DNA from: Prevotella sp.
GTDB taxonomy: Bacteria > Bacteroidota > Bacteroidia > Bacteroidales > Bacteroidaceae
Direction: 5' to 3' (one strand)
Length of the DNA: 64,000 bases
Assembly: GCF_034103185.1 (NCBI RefSeq)
Contig: NZ_JAXEGG010000009.1
Shown: positions 1 through 8,533 of the stretch, one piece after another
How positions within the stretch are numbered: the first letter of the stretch is position 1
How the letters are laid out: every line of letters begins with the position of its first letter
Translations under genes and position numbers: made by a program
The notes under the pieces: generated by a model
What the model was told of the DNA's origin: nothing
Database searches by the model: none
Seen by the model: only the letters and a program-made list of their open reading frames with translations

Positions 1-1
1 C

Positions 2-259
2 ATTTTCCTGCTCGAAGGGCGCATGATAGCCGCTGTGGGGGCATTGGCAGGCATAGTCGTCGGATTGTTCCTGTGCTTCCTTCAGCAGACTTTCGGAATA
101 GTGAAGCTCGGAAGCAGCAGCGGTTCGTTCATCGTCGATGCCTACCCCGTAAGCGTTCACTTGTCAGACGTGGTGCTCGTGTTCGTCACCGTCCTTGTGG
201 TGAGTTTCCTGTCGGTGTGGTATCCGGTGCATTACTTCTCAAAAAGACTTCTTAAATAA
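2..259 (+). CDS. 3' part of a LolC/E (FtsX-like) ABC transporter permease, truncated by the window edge
   Basis: Open frame from base 2 (IFLLEGRMIAAVGALAGIVVGLFLCFLQQ...AYPV...WYP), the typical last three TM helices of LolC/E permeases. Confidence 0.8.
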   Translation: MFLLEGRMIAAVGALAGIVVGLFLCFLQQTFGIVKLGSSSGSFIVDAYPVSVHLSDVVLVFVTVLVVSFLSVWYPVHYFSKRLLK

Positions 260-295
260 CAGCCACACAGACGCCACATGCCATTCGCATCAACG

Positions 296-649
296 TTATT
301 GCTTGTCGCGGTCGTAGTGCGGCATATCGTCGGGGAGAACAAAAGAGAACTCCACAAGTCCGCGAACCTCGCCGTCCTCGCGCCAAGGCGTCTGATATAT
401 CAGCTTCCGCTTTCCCCGCTTTGTTATGGTATAGCAGTGTGGCACGTTCTTTTCGAGCATCTCGCGGATTATGCCTTGCGACCTCTCGCTGTGACATGGC
501 AGCATGCTCTTTCCCACCATCGTCTCACCGGGTTTGTTGAATGTCTCCCGCGAACGCTTGTTCATGAATATCACCTTGCCCTCCAAGTCGCACACCGTTA
601 CAGCCCCCTCAATGTCTTCTGCCCAAGAAAACAGTTCTGTTTCTTTCAT
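296..649 (-). CDS. Stand-alone PAS-domain protein
   Basis: 117 aa; AVTVCDLEGKVIFMN, GKSMLPCH and DGEVRGLVEF fit a PAS fold; promoter-like TATCTTTG on the minus strand at 724-731. Confidence 0.8.
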   Translation of the reverse strand: MKETELFSWAEDIEGAVTVCDLEGKVIFMNKRSRETFNKPGETMVGKSMLPCHSERSQGIIREMLEKNVPHCYTITKRGKRKLIYQTPWREDGEVRGLVEFSFVLPDDMPHYDRDKQ

Positions 650-869
650 GATTTATCCTTTGTTTTCTGTTTAATTTTTCATCTGCAATATTACAAATAA
701 ATAATAGAATACGCAAATAATGGCAAAGATATAATAATATTTCACAAACAGATGCACCCAAATTCAATCTTAATAGCAAAGAAGCGTTAGTCTGTAATAG
801 GCGGAAAGAAGTTTTCCGACAGCATCTACTCATTATTTATATATTTACAAACCTAAACCATTTTCAACA

Positions 870-3800
870 ATGAAGAAATCTACTTTATTACTGCTTCTTG
901 TGTGCTTCGTGATGATTGGTTCACGAACTTACGCGCAGGAGGCTTACGGATGGAACCGCAACGACTCGCAAACGCCGGAGAACATCGGGCCATGCAAGTT
1001 CAATGTGGGCAATCCATCGGATTTTCAACTCTTGCGAACCCACGACTACAGCATACGTGCCGGGGCGTTTGCAGGCAAGAAATACTACGTACAGACGTGC
1101 GACAAGTCGGGCGACGACCCCTCGCCGCAGGCTTTCGGCACCTATGATTTTGCCACAGGAACGTTCACTAAGATTGCAACCGGCAACAGCGATGACAAGT
1201 TCTATGACATGGCATACGACTACAAGAACGGCATAATGTATGCACTCGGCAATGCGGGGCGCGTGAGCAGACTGCTGAAAGTTGACCTCAACGACGGCAG
1301 TGTGACCGAAGTGGCAGAACTATACCAAGAGTTCGTGGCTCTCGCTGTTGACCTTCAGGGGCAGATTTATGCCGAAAATCCGTACAGCGAACTCGTAAAA
1401 CTACAACTTGATGGCAACGAGGAGACACTGAACAGTTGCGACTACTCTGCCAACAGCACCCTGCAGTCGATGGGCATCGACCACCGCAGCGAGCGGCTTT
1501 GGTGGGCAATACCTACCGGCAGGGAAGGAACTCAACTGTTAGACATCGATCTCAGCACCGGATATAACGACTCCAACGTGGAGCTTCAGGGCGAAAAACA
1601 AATCGTGGGGCTCGATTTCCCATTCTCAACTGTCAAGGAAGGGGCACCGGGAGCGGTGGAACAACTTGAGATAATACCCACAGGCGGAGGCTCGAAGGAG
1701 GTGAACATCACACTGAAAGCACCACAAAAAACCGTTGGTGGAGGAAATCTCGGAACATTCCGGATACACCTTCTGCGCGACAACAACGAGATTTTCACGA
1801 AAGACAACGCAACGGCAGGCGAACTGATAACCACCGGAGAAACTCTCTCTGCCGATGCCTTATACACTTATCGGGCGTATGCGTCAAACAGCGAGGGCAA
1901 CGGTGAAGAGACCGTCAGGCAGGTATATATCGGCGAGGACATCCCGGACGCTGTTACAAACATACAACTCGAAAAGCTTACCGACGGCAAGGGTTGCAAG
2001 ATTACATGGACTGCGCCTGCCAAAGGCATCAACGGAGGGTATATTCCCGCTGATATAACGTATAACATCACGCGCCTGCCTGATAACGCAGTGATTGCCG
2101 ACGGGATAACCGAAACCACCTGTACAGACAACATCGTGACACATCCTGACAACTACCGGTATAGGATAACCCCCATCGGTCGGGAACAAGGGAAACCCAA
2201 TATGTCTGAATTTATCGTTCTCGGCACTTCTCATATCACGCCATACGAATGTGAATTCACCAACGACGACATGCCTCTGTGGACAATCATAGACCGTAAC
2301 CACGACGGCATCACGTGGAAAAGGCGCATGGCAAACGAGGGTATCTACTGCAGTTATAGCAGCGAAAAGACCGGCGACGACTGGATAGTTTCGCTCCCCG
2401 TGGCACTGAAAGGAAACACAAAATATAAGGTTGTGGTGAACGCTTCGGCTGCAAATCTCGAACTGATTGAGAAAATGAGCCTCTACTTCGGTAAGGGCAA
2501 CAAGGAAGAAAATCTCTCCGGATTTAAGGAAATCGGTCGTTTCGATGTGGCAAACGAGGAGGGCAAACGCTCCAATTACGTGGCATACTATACCCCGGAG
2601 GCTGACAGTGATGAGAATTTCGCCATACGTATGCACTCCGATCCCGACAAGTTCCAGCTCGAAGTGTTCAACATCTTGATAAAAGAGGCATCGGAGGGTT
2701 CGCTGCACGGTACTGTGAAGCACGGCGAAACTCCGCTGCAGGGAGTGAAAGTGTCACTGAAAGGCACTGAATTCACTGCCATCACAAACGCCCAAGGCGA
2801 GTGGAACATGACCAACATACCGGAGTCTGACTACACACTTGAGGCAAGGAAGGAGGGTTATTCGCTGCATACCCAGCCGGTACAGGTGTCTTCAGAGGAG
2901 GACATTGCTATCGACATCGCACTTGACAAGATTGCGAAACTCACTGCCACAGGCAAGGTGACATTCGCCGGAGGGACTGCTCTGAAAGATGCAAAGGTGG
3001 TGATGACGGCTGTCGAAGGCACTGCCGAAGTGAGCGAATATGTGGCATATACCGATGCAGATGGTAAATACTCGCTGAATGATATATATGAAGGGGCGTA
3101 CCTGCTCACTGCCGCTCATCCGGGACTTGTCGCCGAAAAGCGTACAGTGACGATAGCGAAAGACGCGGCGACACTGCCCGAAATCGACCTTAAAGACAAG
3201 GCTGTGGCACCACGATTGGTCACGGTGACAGAGCTGGGCAATGCCGGACACGTGAAGTGGGGCGAGCCTATCGATGTTGACTCCGTTTCATATTACAAAG
3301 GACCGGGTGTGGCTCACATCGGCGTTTTCGCATACACCGAGCGCAGTATCGTGGGCACCGTGTTCCGCAAAGACATGGCAATAACGGCAGTGAAGTGGCA
3401 GACCGACGAGTTCCGCGGTCCTCACAAGAAGGTTGACCTCGTGATTTTTGCCCTCGACAGCAACGGTAATCCCACAAACAACATACTCTACGAACAGAAA
3501 GGAATTGAGAACATCGACAACACGTGGTGCCGCTACGAACTGCCGCAGCCGCTCGTTGTCAGGGGCGGTGCTCTCGTGTCGTTCCGCCACAACGGTTTCC
3601 TGAGCATGCTCGCCGATGCCGGTGTTAACGAAGGACTCGACTTCGAACCTAACGTTCACGTCACGAACAGCGACTATCTGAACAGCGAATTCGAATATCT
3701 TGACAGTCACGACATGCGCAAAAACCTGCTCATCGGCATCGACTACGCCATGACTGACGCCAATGTTACTGCCGTGGCAAACACCATGCAACGCCACAAC

Positions 3801-5354
3801 AGGTATCACATCTACAGAAAATCGGAGAAAGAGGGCGAAGACTGGCAGTATCTTTCATCCACAGATGCCGCCGTGCGCGAATACGACGACACCCAATTCG
3901 GCACCTTACCGATGGGCTACTACAGGTATGCCGTTAAGAGCGTAATGCCCACGGGGGAAGAGTCGGCAATGGCTCTGTCTGACCGTATCGGGCGAAAACT
4001 GCTCGCAAACCTCAACTTCAAGGTGAAAGCAAACGCCGGAATGGGGAATGCCTCACCGCTGATAACCATAAGGGATAAGGACAACAGCGACGCCGTGTTT
4101 ACCGCTACTGCCGGCGATGGCGACACTTGGAGCATCAACGGAGTGGCAAAGACCAACTACTCTCTGCATGCCGAACTCGACGGTTTCGACGACATCGACG
4201 AGACATTGACAATCGAAGGCGAGGCAACCGACTTCGACCACGAACTGAACTTCACCGAAAGACTGCTCCCGGCATATAACCTCAAGATTGAAAAACAGGG
4301 CGAAGCCGACCGGCGCATGCTGTCGTGGAACACCGACAACTTCATCTTCGACGACTTCGAGACCTACGACCCATTCACCGTGGAGCCTGCCACGCCGGAG
4401 ACAAACTGGGTATATTGGGACATGGATAAGGCACAGACGGTGGAGTTTGACAACCTGACATTCAACTTCATGGGCGCACCGATGTCATACATGGCGTTCA
4501 ATCCGTATGAGACAACACCCGCACTGGCGTTCTTCGACACCGGTTCTCTGCCTTATTCGGGACGCCAATACCTCGTGTCTTTCGGCAACCGGGCACAGGC
4601 AAACAAGGATTTGATGTTCTCGCCGATAATCAACTTCACCGGCAAGGCTTCGTTCAGGTTTGTCATAAGAAACTTCACCAACACTCTCGGAGCCGCAACC
4701 ATCAGGGTGGGATACACCGAGGAGGAATATCCCAAGACGCTTGACGACATCGTGTGGACAACCGGCATGATAAGCATTTCGGACAAACAGTGGCAGGAAC
4801 TGGAGTTCGACGTGCCCGAGAAGGCGAAACGCATGGTGTTGATTAACGAGACTCAGAAGGGGTATTTCCTGATGATTGACAACCTCTTCGTGGGCGAGGA
4901 GAACCCGTATGCCGACGGAATGGTGAAGAAACCGCTCGCCGACCGTGCCACCTACGAGGTGAAACTCGACGGAAATGTCGTCAACGGCGTTGACCAAAGC
5001 GGAAAGAATGTGCTGCTGACAGCATTGTCCGGCGGCACGCACACTGCCGAAGTGACTGCCGTTTATGAGTCGGGACGCTCGCAAGTCAAGAGCATTTCGT
5101 TTGAGGTTGAAGGTGTTTCGGGTATCAACGAGGTTGGTGGCGACAGCCGTCCGGCAGTTTACATGAGCAACAACGGCAACCGCATTCACACCACCGACAC
5201 CGTGCAGAACTGGACTATATACGACTTCAGCGGCGCACTCCTGAAGAGTGGCAGCGAGCACGACATCGACCTGAGCAACATTCCTGCCGGTATCTATATC
5301 ATGCAGCTTAACAGCAATACCGGCAGCGAGAGCATAAAGGTTGTGAAAAAGTAG
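870..5354 (+). CDS. Large T9SS-secreted adhesin-like protein (beta-propeller, FN3-like, cleaved-adhesin/choice-of-anchor J, carboxypeptidase-regulatory-like domains, CTD)
   Basis: 1494 aa; signal peptide; FYDMAYDY/LLKVDL propeller repeats; WTIIDRNHDG...DDWIVS and FDDFETY...WDMD adhesin motifs; C-terminal IYDFSG...GIYIM...KVVKK. Confidence 0.85.
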   Translation: MKKSTLLLLLVCFVMIGSRTYAQEAYGWNRNDSQTPENIGPCKFNVGNPSDFQLLRTHDYSIRAGAFAGKKYYVQTCDKSGDDPSPQAFGTYDFATGTFTKIATGNSDDKFYDMAYDYKNGIMYALGNAGRVSRLLKVDLNDGSVTEVAELYQEFVALAVDLQGQIYAENPYSELVKLQLDGNEETLNSCDYSANSTLQSMGIDHRSERLWWAIPTGREGTQLLDIDLSTGYNDSNVELQGEKQIVGLDFPFSTVKEGAPGAVEQLEIIPTGGGSKEVNITLKAPQKTVGGGNLGTFRIHLLRDNNEIFTKDNATAGELITTGETLSADALYTYRAYASNSEGNGEETVRQVYIGEDIPDAVTNIQLEKLTDGKGCKITWTAPAKGINGGYIPADITYNITRLPDNAVIADGITETTCTDNIVTHPDNYRYRITPIGREQGKPNMSEFIVLGTSHITPYECEFTNDDMPLWTIIDRNHDGITWKRRMANEGIYCSYSSEKTGDDWIVSLPVALKGNTKYKVVVNASAANLELIEKMSLYFGKGNKEENLSGFKEIGRFDVANEEGKRSNYVAYYTPEADSDENFAIRMHSDPDKFQLEVFNILIKEASEGSLHGTVKHGETPLQGVKVSLKGTEFTAITNAQGEWNMTNIPESDYTLEARKEGYSLHTQPVQVSSEEDIAIDIALDKIAKLTATGKVTFAGGTALKDAKVVMTAVEGTAEVSEYVAYTDADGKYSLNDIYEGAYLLTAAHPGLVAEKRTVTIAKDAATLPEIDLKDKAVAPRLVTVTELGNAGHVKWGEPIDVDSVSYYKGPGVAHIGVFAYTERSIVGTVFRKDMAITAVKWQTDEFRGPHKKVDLVIFALDSNGNPTNNILYEQKGIENIDNTWCRYELPQPLVVRGGALVSFRHNGFLSMLADAGVNEGLDFEPNVHVTNSDYLNSEFEYLDSHDMRKNLLIGIDYAMTDANVTAVANTMQRHNRYHIYRKSEKEGEDWQYLSSTDAAVREYDDTQFGTLPMGYYRYAVKSVMPTGEESAMALSDRIGRKLLANLNFKVKANAGMGNASPLITIRDKDNSDAVFTATAGDGDTWSINGVAKTNYSLHAELDGFDDIDETLTIEGEATDFDHELNFTERLLPAYNLKIEKQGEADRRMLSWNTDNFIFDDFETYDPFTVEPATPETNWVYWDMDKAQTVEFDNLTFNFMGAPMSYMAFNPYETTPALAFFDTGSLPYSGRQYLVSFGNRAQANKDLMFSPIINFTGKASFRFVIRNFTNTLGAATIRVGYTEEEYPKTLDDIVWTTGMISISDKQWQELEFDVPEKAKRMVLINETQKGYFLMIDNLFVGEENPYADGMVKKPLADRATYEVKLDGNVVNGVDQSGKNVLLTALSGGTHTAEVTAVYESGRSQVKSISFEVEGVSGINEVGGDSRPAVYMSNNGNRIHTTDTVQNWTIYDFSGALLKSGSEHDIDLSNIPAGIYIMQLNSNTGSESIKVVKK

Positions 5355-5422
5355 TCTCACTGAGACAATAACCTTCAGACTGCGGCTTTCAGACACTGCA
5401 ACGCAGGTATGAAAAAGGCATT

Positions 5423-5471
5423 AGAAAAGCCGTATCTTCACTTCATGAAGAAGCGCAGATACGGCTTTTCT
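5423..5471. terminator. Bidirectional intrinsic terminator between convergent genes
   Basis: 15-bp perfect inverted repeat agaaaagccgtatct / agatacggcttttct followed by a T-rich run. Confidence 0.8.
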
Positions 5472-5497
5472 CTTTTATTATTATTAAGGTGTAGCCC

Positions 5498-7672
5498 TTA
5501 TTTCACCACCACCTTGCGTTTTCCAACAGACGTGCCGACCACATATACGCCCTTAGAGAGCGATTTGGTGTCGAAAGAAACCGCGCCCGAAGAGGCTCGT
5601 ATCTTGTCTGTCATCCTGCCATTGGCGTCATACAACACCACCTCGTCGCCGTCAGAAAGACCGGCAACCTCGATTGCCGAACCTGAAACGGCAAACGAAA
5701 CCCCTGTATCACCGCTTTCGATAGTCTGCACACCGGAAGTTATTTCTTCAATAGGAGTGGGAGCAACCATGCCGTAGTCGTCGATATTCATCGCGAAGAC
5801 AGGCCAGCCCTTGTCCTTTGCTATCTTTATGTCGGTCTGTGTTGCCACATTCTTTTCGAGAGTCTTGTCTTTCTCCACAAGGTAAAGCCCCTGCAGATTC
5901 ATGCCGAACCAGTCGTCCCATTCTTCGGCAGGATAAGCCACGTAGGTTGGCAGTGCGTTCATGAACGCCGTCATATTCGCGCCGTTGATGTTGTTACGCT
6001 GCAGTTCGATATGCCTCAAAGCAGAATTTGCAGATAGTTTTATTTCCGTGATAGCGTTGTTGTAGCAGTTCACTTCGCGCAGTTTCGCATTGGCTGATAG
6101 GTCGAGAGTGCCTGCAAGAGCGTTGTCGCGGCATACGAGGAACGTGAGTTCCGGATTACCTGACAGGTCAATGGCGGTCAGCTCATTGCCCCAGCAGCTG
6201 AAGTCTTTCAGTCCCGAGAGCGGCGCAAGATTGATGTTCTTGATTTTGTTGCTGCCGCAATACAGCAGTTCCAAAGCCTTGTTGTCGCCTAACACCAGTT
6301 CGGTAAGGGCATTGTCGTCGCAGTATAACTCCTTTATCATTGGCGACTTCGACACGTCAAGACTCGTAAGAGCGTTTGAAGAACAATCCAATTTAGAGAT
6401 AGCACCGGTGATTACGATATTCTTGTCGATGATTTTGAAGGCTCCCGGCGAGTCATATTCTGCTCCCGTCACTTCCACGTCGCCCTCTGTCTTGATGTTG
6501 AGCGCGATGTATTCGCCCGGCTCGCGCGATGTTGTCATTGTCACCTGCGGCATCTCTTCCTCGTTATACGAGATGAAAGAGGTGCCCCACTCCGGCGCAG
6601 CCTTATACTGTTCGAGAGAGCCCTTGGGCACATAAAGGTTCATTTTATAACTTGGGAACATCACTCCGAATGCTCCTGTCTCCGCCTCCGGAGGCGTGGT
6701 TGCCCTCACGTGAACCTCGGTAAGGCTTGCACAGTTGTCCAGACTTCCAACCAACAGTTTGTTCACCGTGGCAGGGATGTATATTTTCTGCAGATTCTTT
6801 GCGCCGTAACACATACTCACGGGTAGCGTTGTAACGCCTTTGCTGATAACCAACTCCTCAAGTTTCTCTGCGCAATCGAACGCCGACATGTATATAGCGG
6901 TCAGGGTTGAAGGCGTTATGTACTTCACGCGAGGGTCTGCCTGAGGATATGCCACGAGTGCTGTTCCGTCGGCAGTAAGGAGCACGCCGTCAACAAGTTT
7001 GAAGTTGGTGTTGCCCTCATCCATCTCAAACGAAGCGAGGTCAATGCAACCTCCGAATGCACTCTCGCCCACAGTTTCCAGTTTAGAGTTGATTTTCACC
7101 TTTGTCAGGGCTGCGGCATAGAAAGATGATACGCCCACAGACTTGAGCGACTCCGGGGCGATGAACTCCTTGATTGGGACCTTATAGAATGCCCTGTCGC
7201 CTATCTTCTCTACTGTTGAGGGGATGTTCACCTTTTCGAGAAGCGTGCAACTCATGAAGGCAGACGTGCCGATGATTTTCACTCCTTCGGAGAACACCAC
7301 CTCTTCGAGTGCGGAACATTTGTAGAAAGCACTCTTGTCAATCTTCTGCAGGCTTGAAGGCATCACCACTTTCTTCAGAGTTTTGTTGTAACTCATCGAG
7401 TATTCGGGGATAGCACCGGTTGCAGTGCCGGCATTGTCAACTATCGTCACTCCTGCCAAGTCGAGGTTTGCGAGATTGGTTGTTTTCATGAATGCCGAGA
7501 AGTCGGCGTAGTTGATAGTTCCTGTCACCGTAAGGTCGGTGATTTCCGACGGGTTATCTCCCAAAAGGCTGCCCAGAGTTCCGGGTGTGGAGACATCCAC
7601 CGTCCTCGTGCTCTGCGCCCCGACAGCCATCACGACCATAAGGAACGCAAACAAAGTGTAGATTTTTCTCAT
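5498..7672 (-). CDS. T9SS-secreted leucine-rich-repeat surface protein (BspA-type LRR plus a second LRR block, CTD)
   Basis: 724 aa; signal peptide; repeats LxxVxIPSxVxxIGxxAF; later LxxLxCxxNxL repeats; CTD LYDANG...GVYVV...KVVVK. Confidence 0.85.
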   Translation of the reverse strand: MRKIYTLFAFLMVVMAVGAQSTRTVDVSTPGTLGSLLGDNPSEITDLTVTGTINYADFSAFMKTTNLANLDLAGVTIVDNAGTATGAIPEYSMSYNKTLKKVVMPSSLQKIDKSAFYKCSALEEVVFSEGVKIIGTSAFMSCTLLEKVNIPSTVEKIGDRAFYKVPIKEFIAPESLKSVGVSSFYAAALTKVKINSKLETVGESAFGGCIDLASFEMDEGNTNFKLVDGVLLTADGTALVAYPQADPRVKYITPSTLTAIYMSAFDCAEKLEELVISKGVTTLPVSMCYGAKNLQKIYIPATVNKLLVGSLDNCASLTEVHVRATTPPEAETGAFGVMFPSYKMNLYVPKGSLEQYKAAPEWGTSFISYNEEEMPQVTMTTSREPGEYIALNIKTEGDVEVTGAEYDSPGAFKIIDKNIVITGAISKLDCSSNALTSLDVSKSPMIKELYCDDNALTELVLGDNKALELLYCGSNKIKNINLAPLSGLKDFSCWGNELTAIDLSGNPELTFLVCRDNALAGTLDLSANAKLREVNCYNNAITEIKLSANSALRHIELQRNNINGANMTAFMNALPTYVAYPAEEWDDWFGMNLQGLYLVEKDKTLEKNVATQTDIKIAKDKGWPVFAMNIDDYGMVAPTPIEEITSGVQTIESGDTGVSFAVSGSAIEVAGLSDGDEVVLYDANGRMTDKIRASSGAVSFDTKSLSKGVYVVGTSVGKRKVVVK

Positions 7673-7817
7673 TGCGATTGATTTTTAAAGATTGATAAAT
7701 TGTAATTAAAAAGAATAAGTGGTTATTAGTAATAAATCCATATAAATGGAAACTATTCTGCTAAAATTCGATACAATATAAAAGGAGAGAGGGGGAGTTA
7801 TGTCTGTGGAAAGACTA

Positions 7818-8123
7818 TCAGAACAAGTCCGAATGTGTACCGGTTCATATTAGGTTTAGAATATGCAATTCCTTTATTTCTGTTCCCAGTTCCGATGAAA
7901 ACTCATCTTCTTTACTATACACCAACAGCCAATCAGGATGAATATGACATTCTCGCAAACCTGCAAACGCTCCTTTTAACACATGGTCGCACTTATCCGG
8001 TGGCAAAGGTTTGTCTTCTGCCAATAAGCGTATAACCTCATTGAGGTCTTCTTCCGGCATCCTGCGCTTACGAGCGCGCTTCAAGTCACGTTTGTATTGC
8101 CCTGTATAGACTATTTCGCGCAT
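7818..8123 (-). pseudogene. yafQ: YafQ-family (RelE/ParE superfamily) toxin with an in-frame TGA at 7845-7847 before the conserved TGTHSDLF tail
   Basis: DHVLKG...RECHIHPDWLLVY motif; minus strand reads CTA ATA TGA ACC GGT ACA CAT TCG GAC TTG TTC TGA. Confidence 0.85.
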
Positions 8124-8323
8124 TATTTTACGCTTTTCAAATACTCGTCAAAATCTCTGCATCTTGTCACTTTTCCCTCTCTCATTTCTTTGAGTGCGCG
8201 ACGCGTAGCCTCTGCTCCGTTATCCGCTTTTATTGTGGGTATCAAACCCTTTTCGCGCAGATATTCTACAATTCCTCGACCTTCTTTCGTGCGTTCGTTG
8301 ATGCTGATAGTGTACGTTGCCAT
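8123..8323 (-). CDS. Putative antitoxin of the YafQ pair
   Basis: 66 aa directly upstream of the toxin with TAATG stop/start overlap; DinJ/RelB-like C-terminus (AEATRRALKEMREGKVTRCRDFDEY); TACATTTG promoter box at 8364-8371 (minus). Confidence 0.75.
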   Translation of the reverse strand: MATYTISINERTKEGRGIVEYLREKGLIPTIKADNGAEATRRALKEMREGKVTRCRDFDEYLKSVK

Positions 8324-8533
8324 TTTATTGCCTCCTTATTTCTTATATATTATTGTCTCGGTGCAAATGTAATAATTTTCATTTTAACCGCCAAATATCC
8401 GATAGAAAAATGGAAAGGCTCATCGGTAACATTGCGATGAAGCACGGGCGGCACGCTTGCAAGGGAACGTCAAGGGAGGATGCCTGCAATCAGAACCACC
8501 CTCCCGTGACACTTTACGCCGGTATCGTGAATG

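Noticed and set aside
7845-7847. TGA as selenocysteine or a reassigned codon
   Set aside because: The position corresponds to Arg, not Cys; no SECIS-like hairpin is evident; many genes here terminate at TGA.
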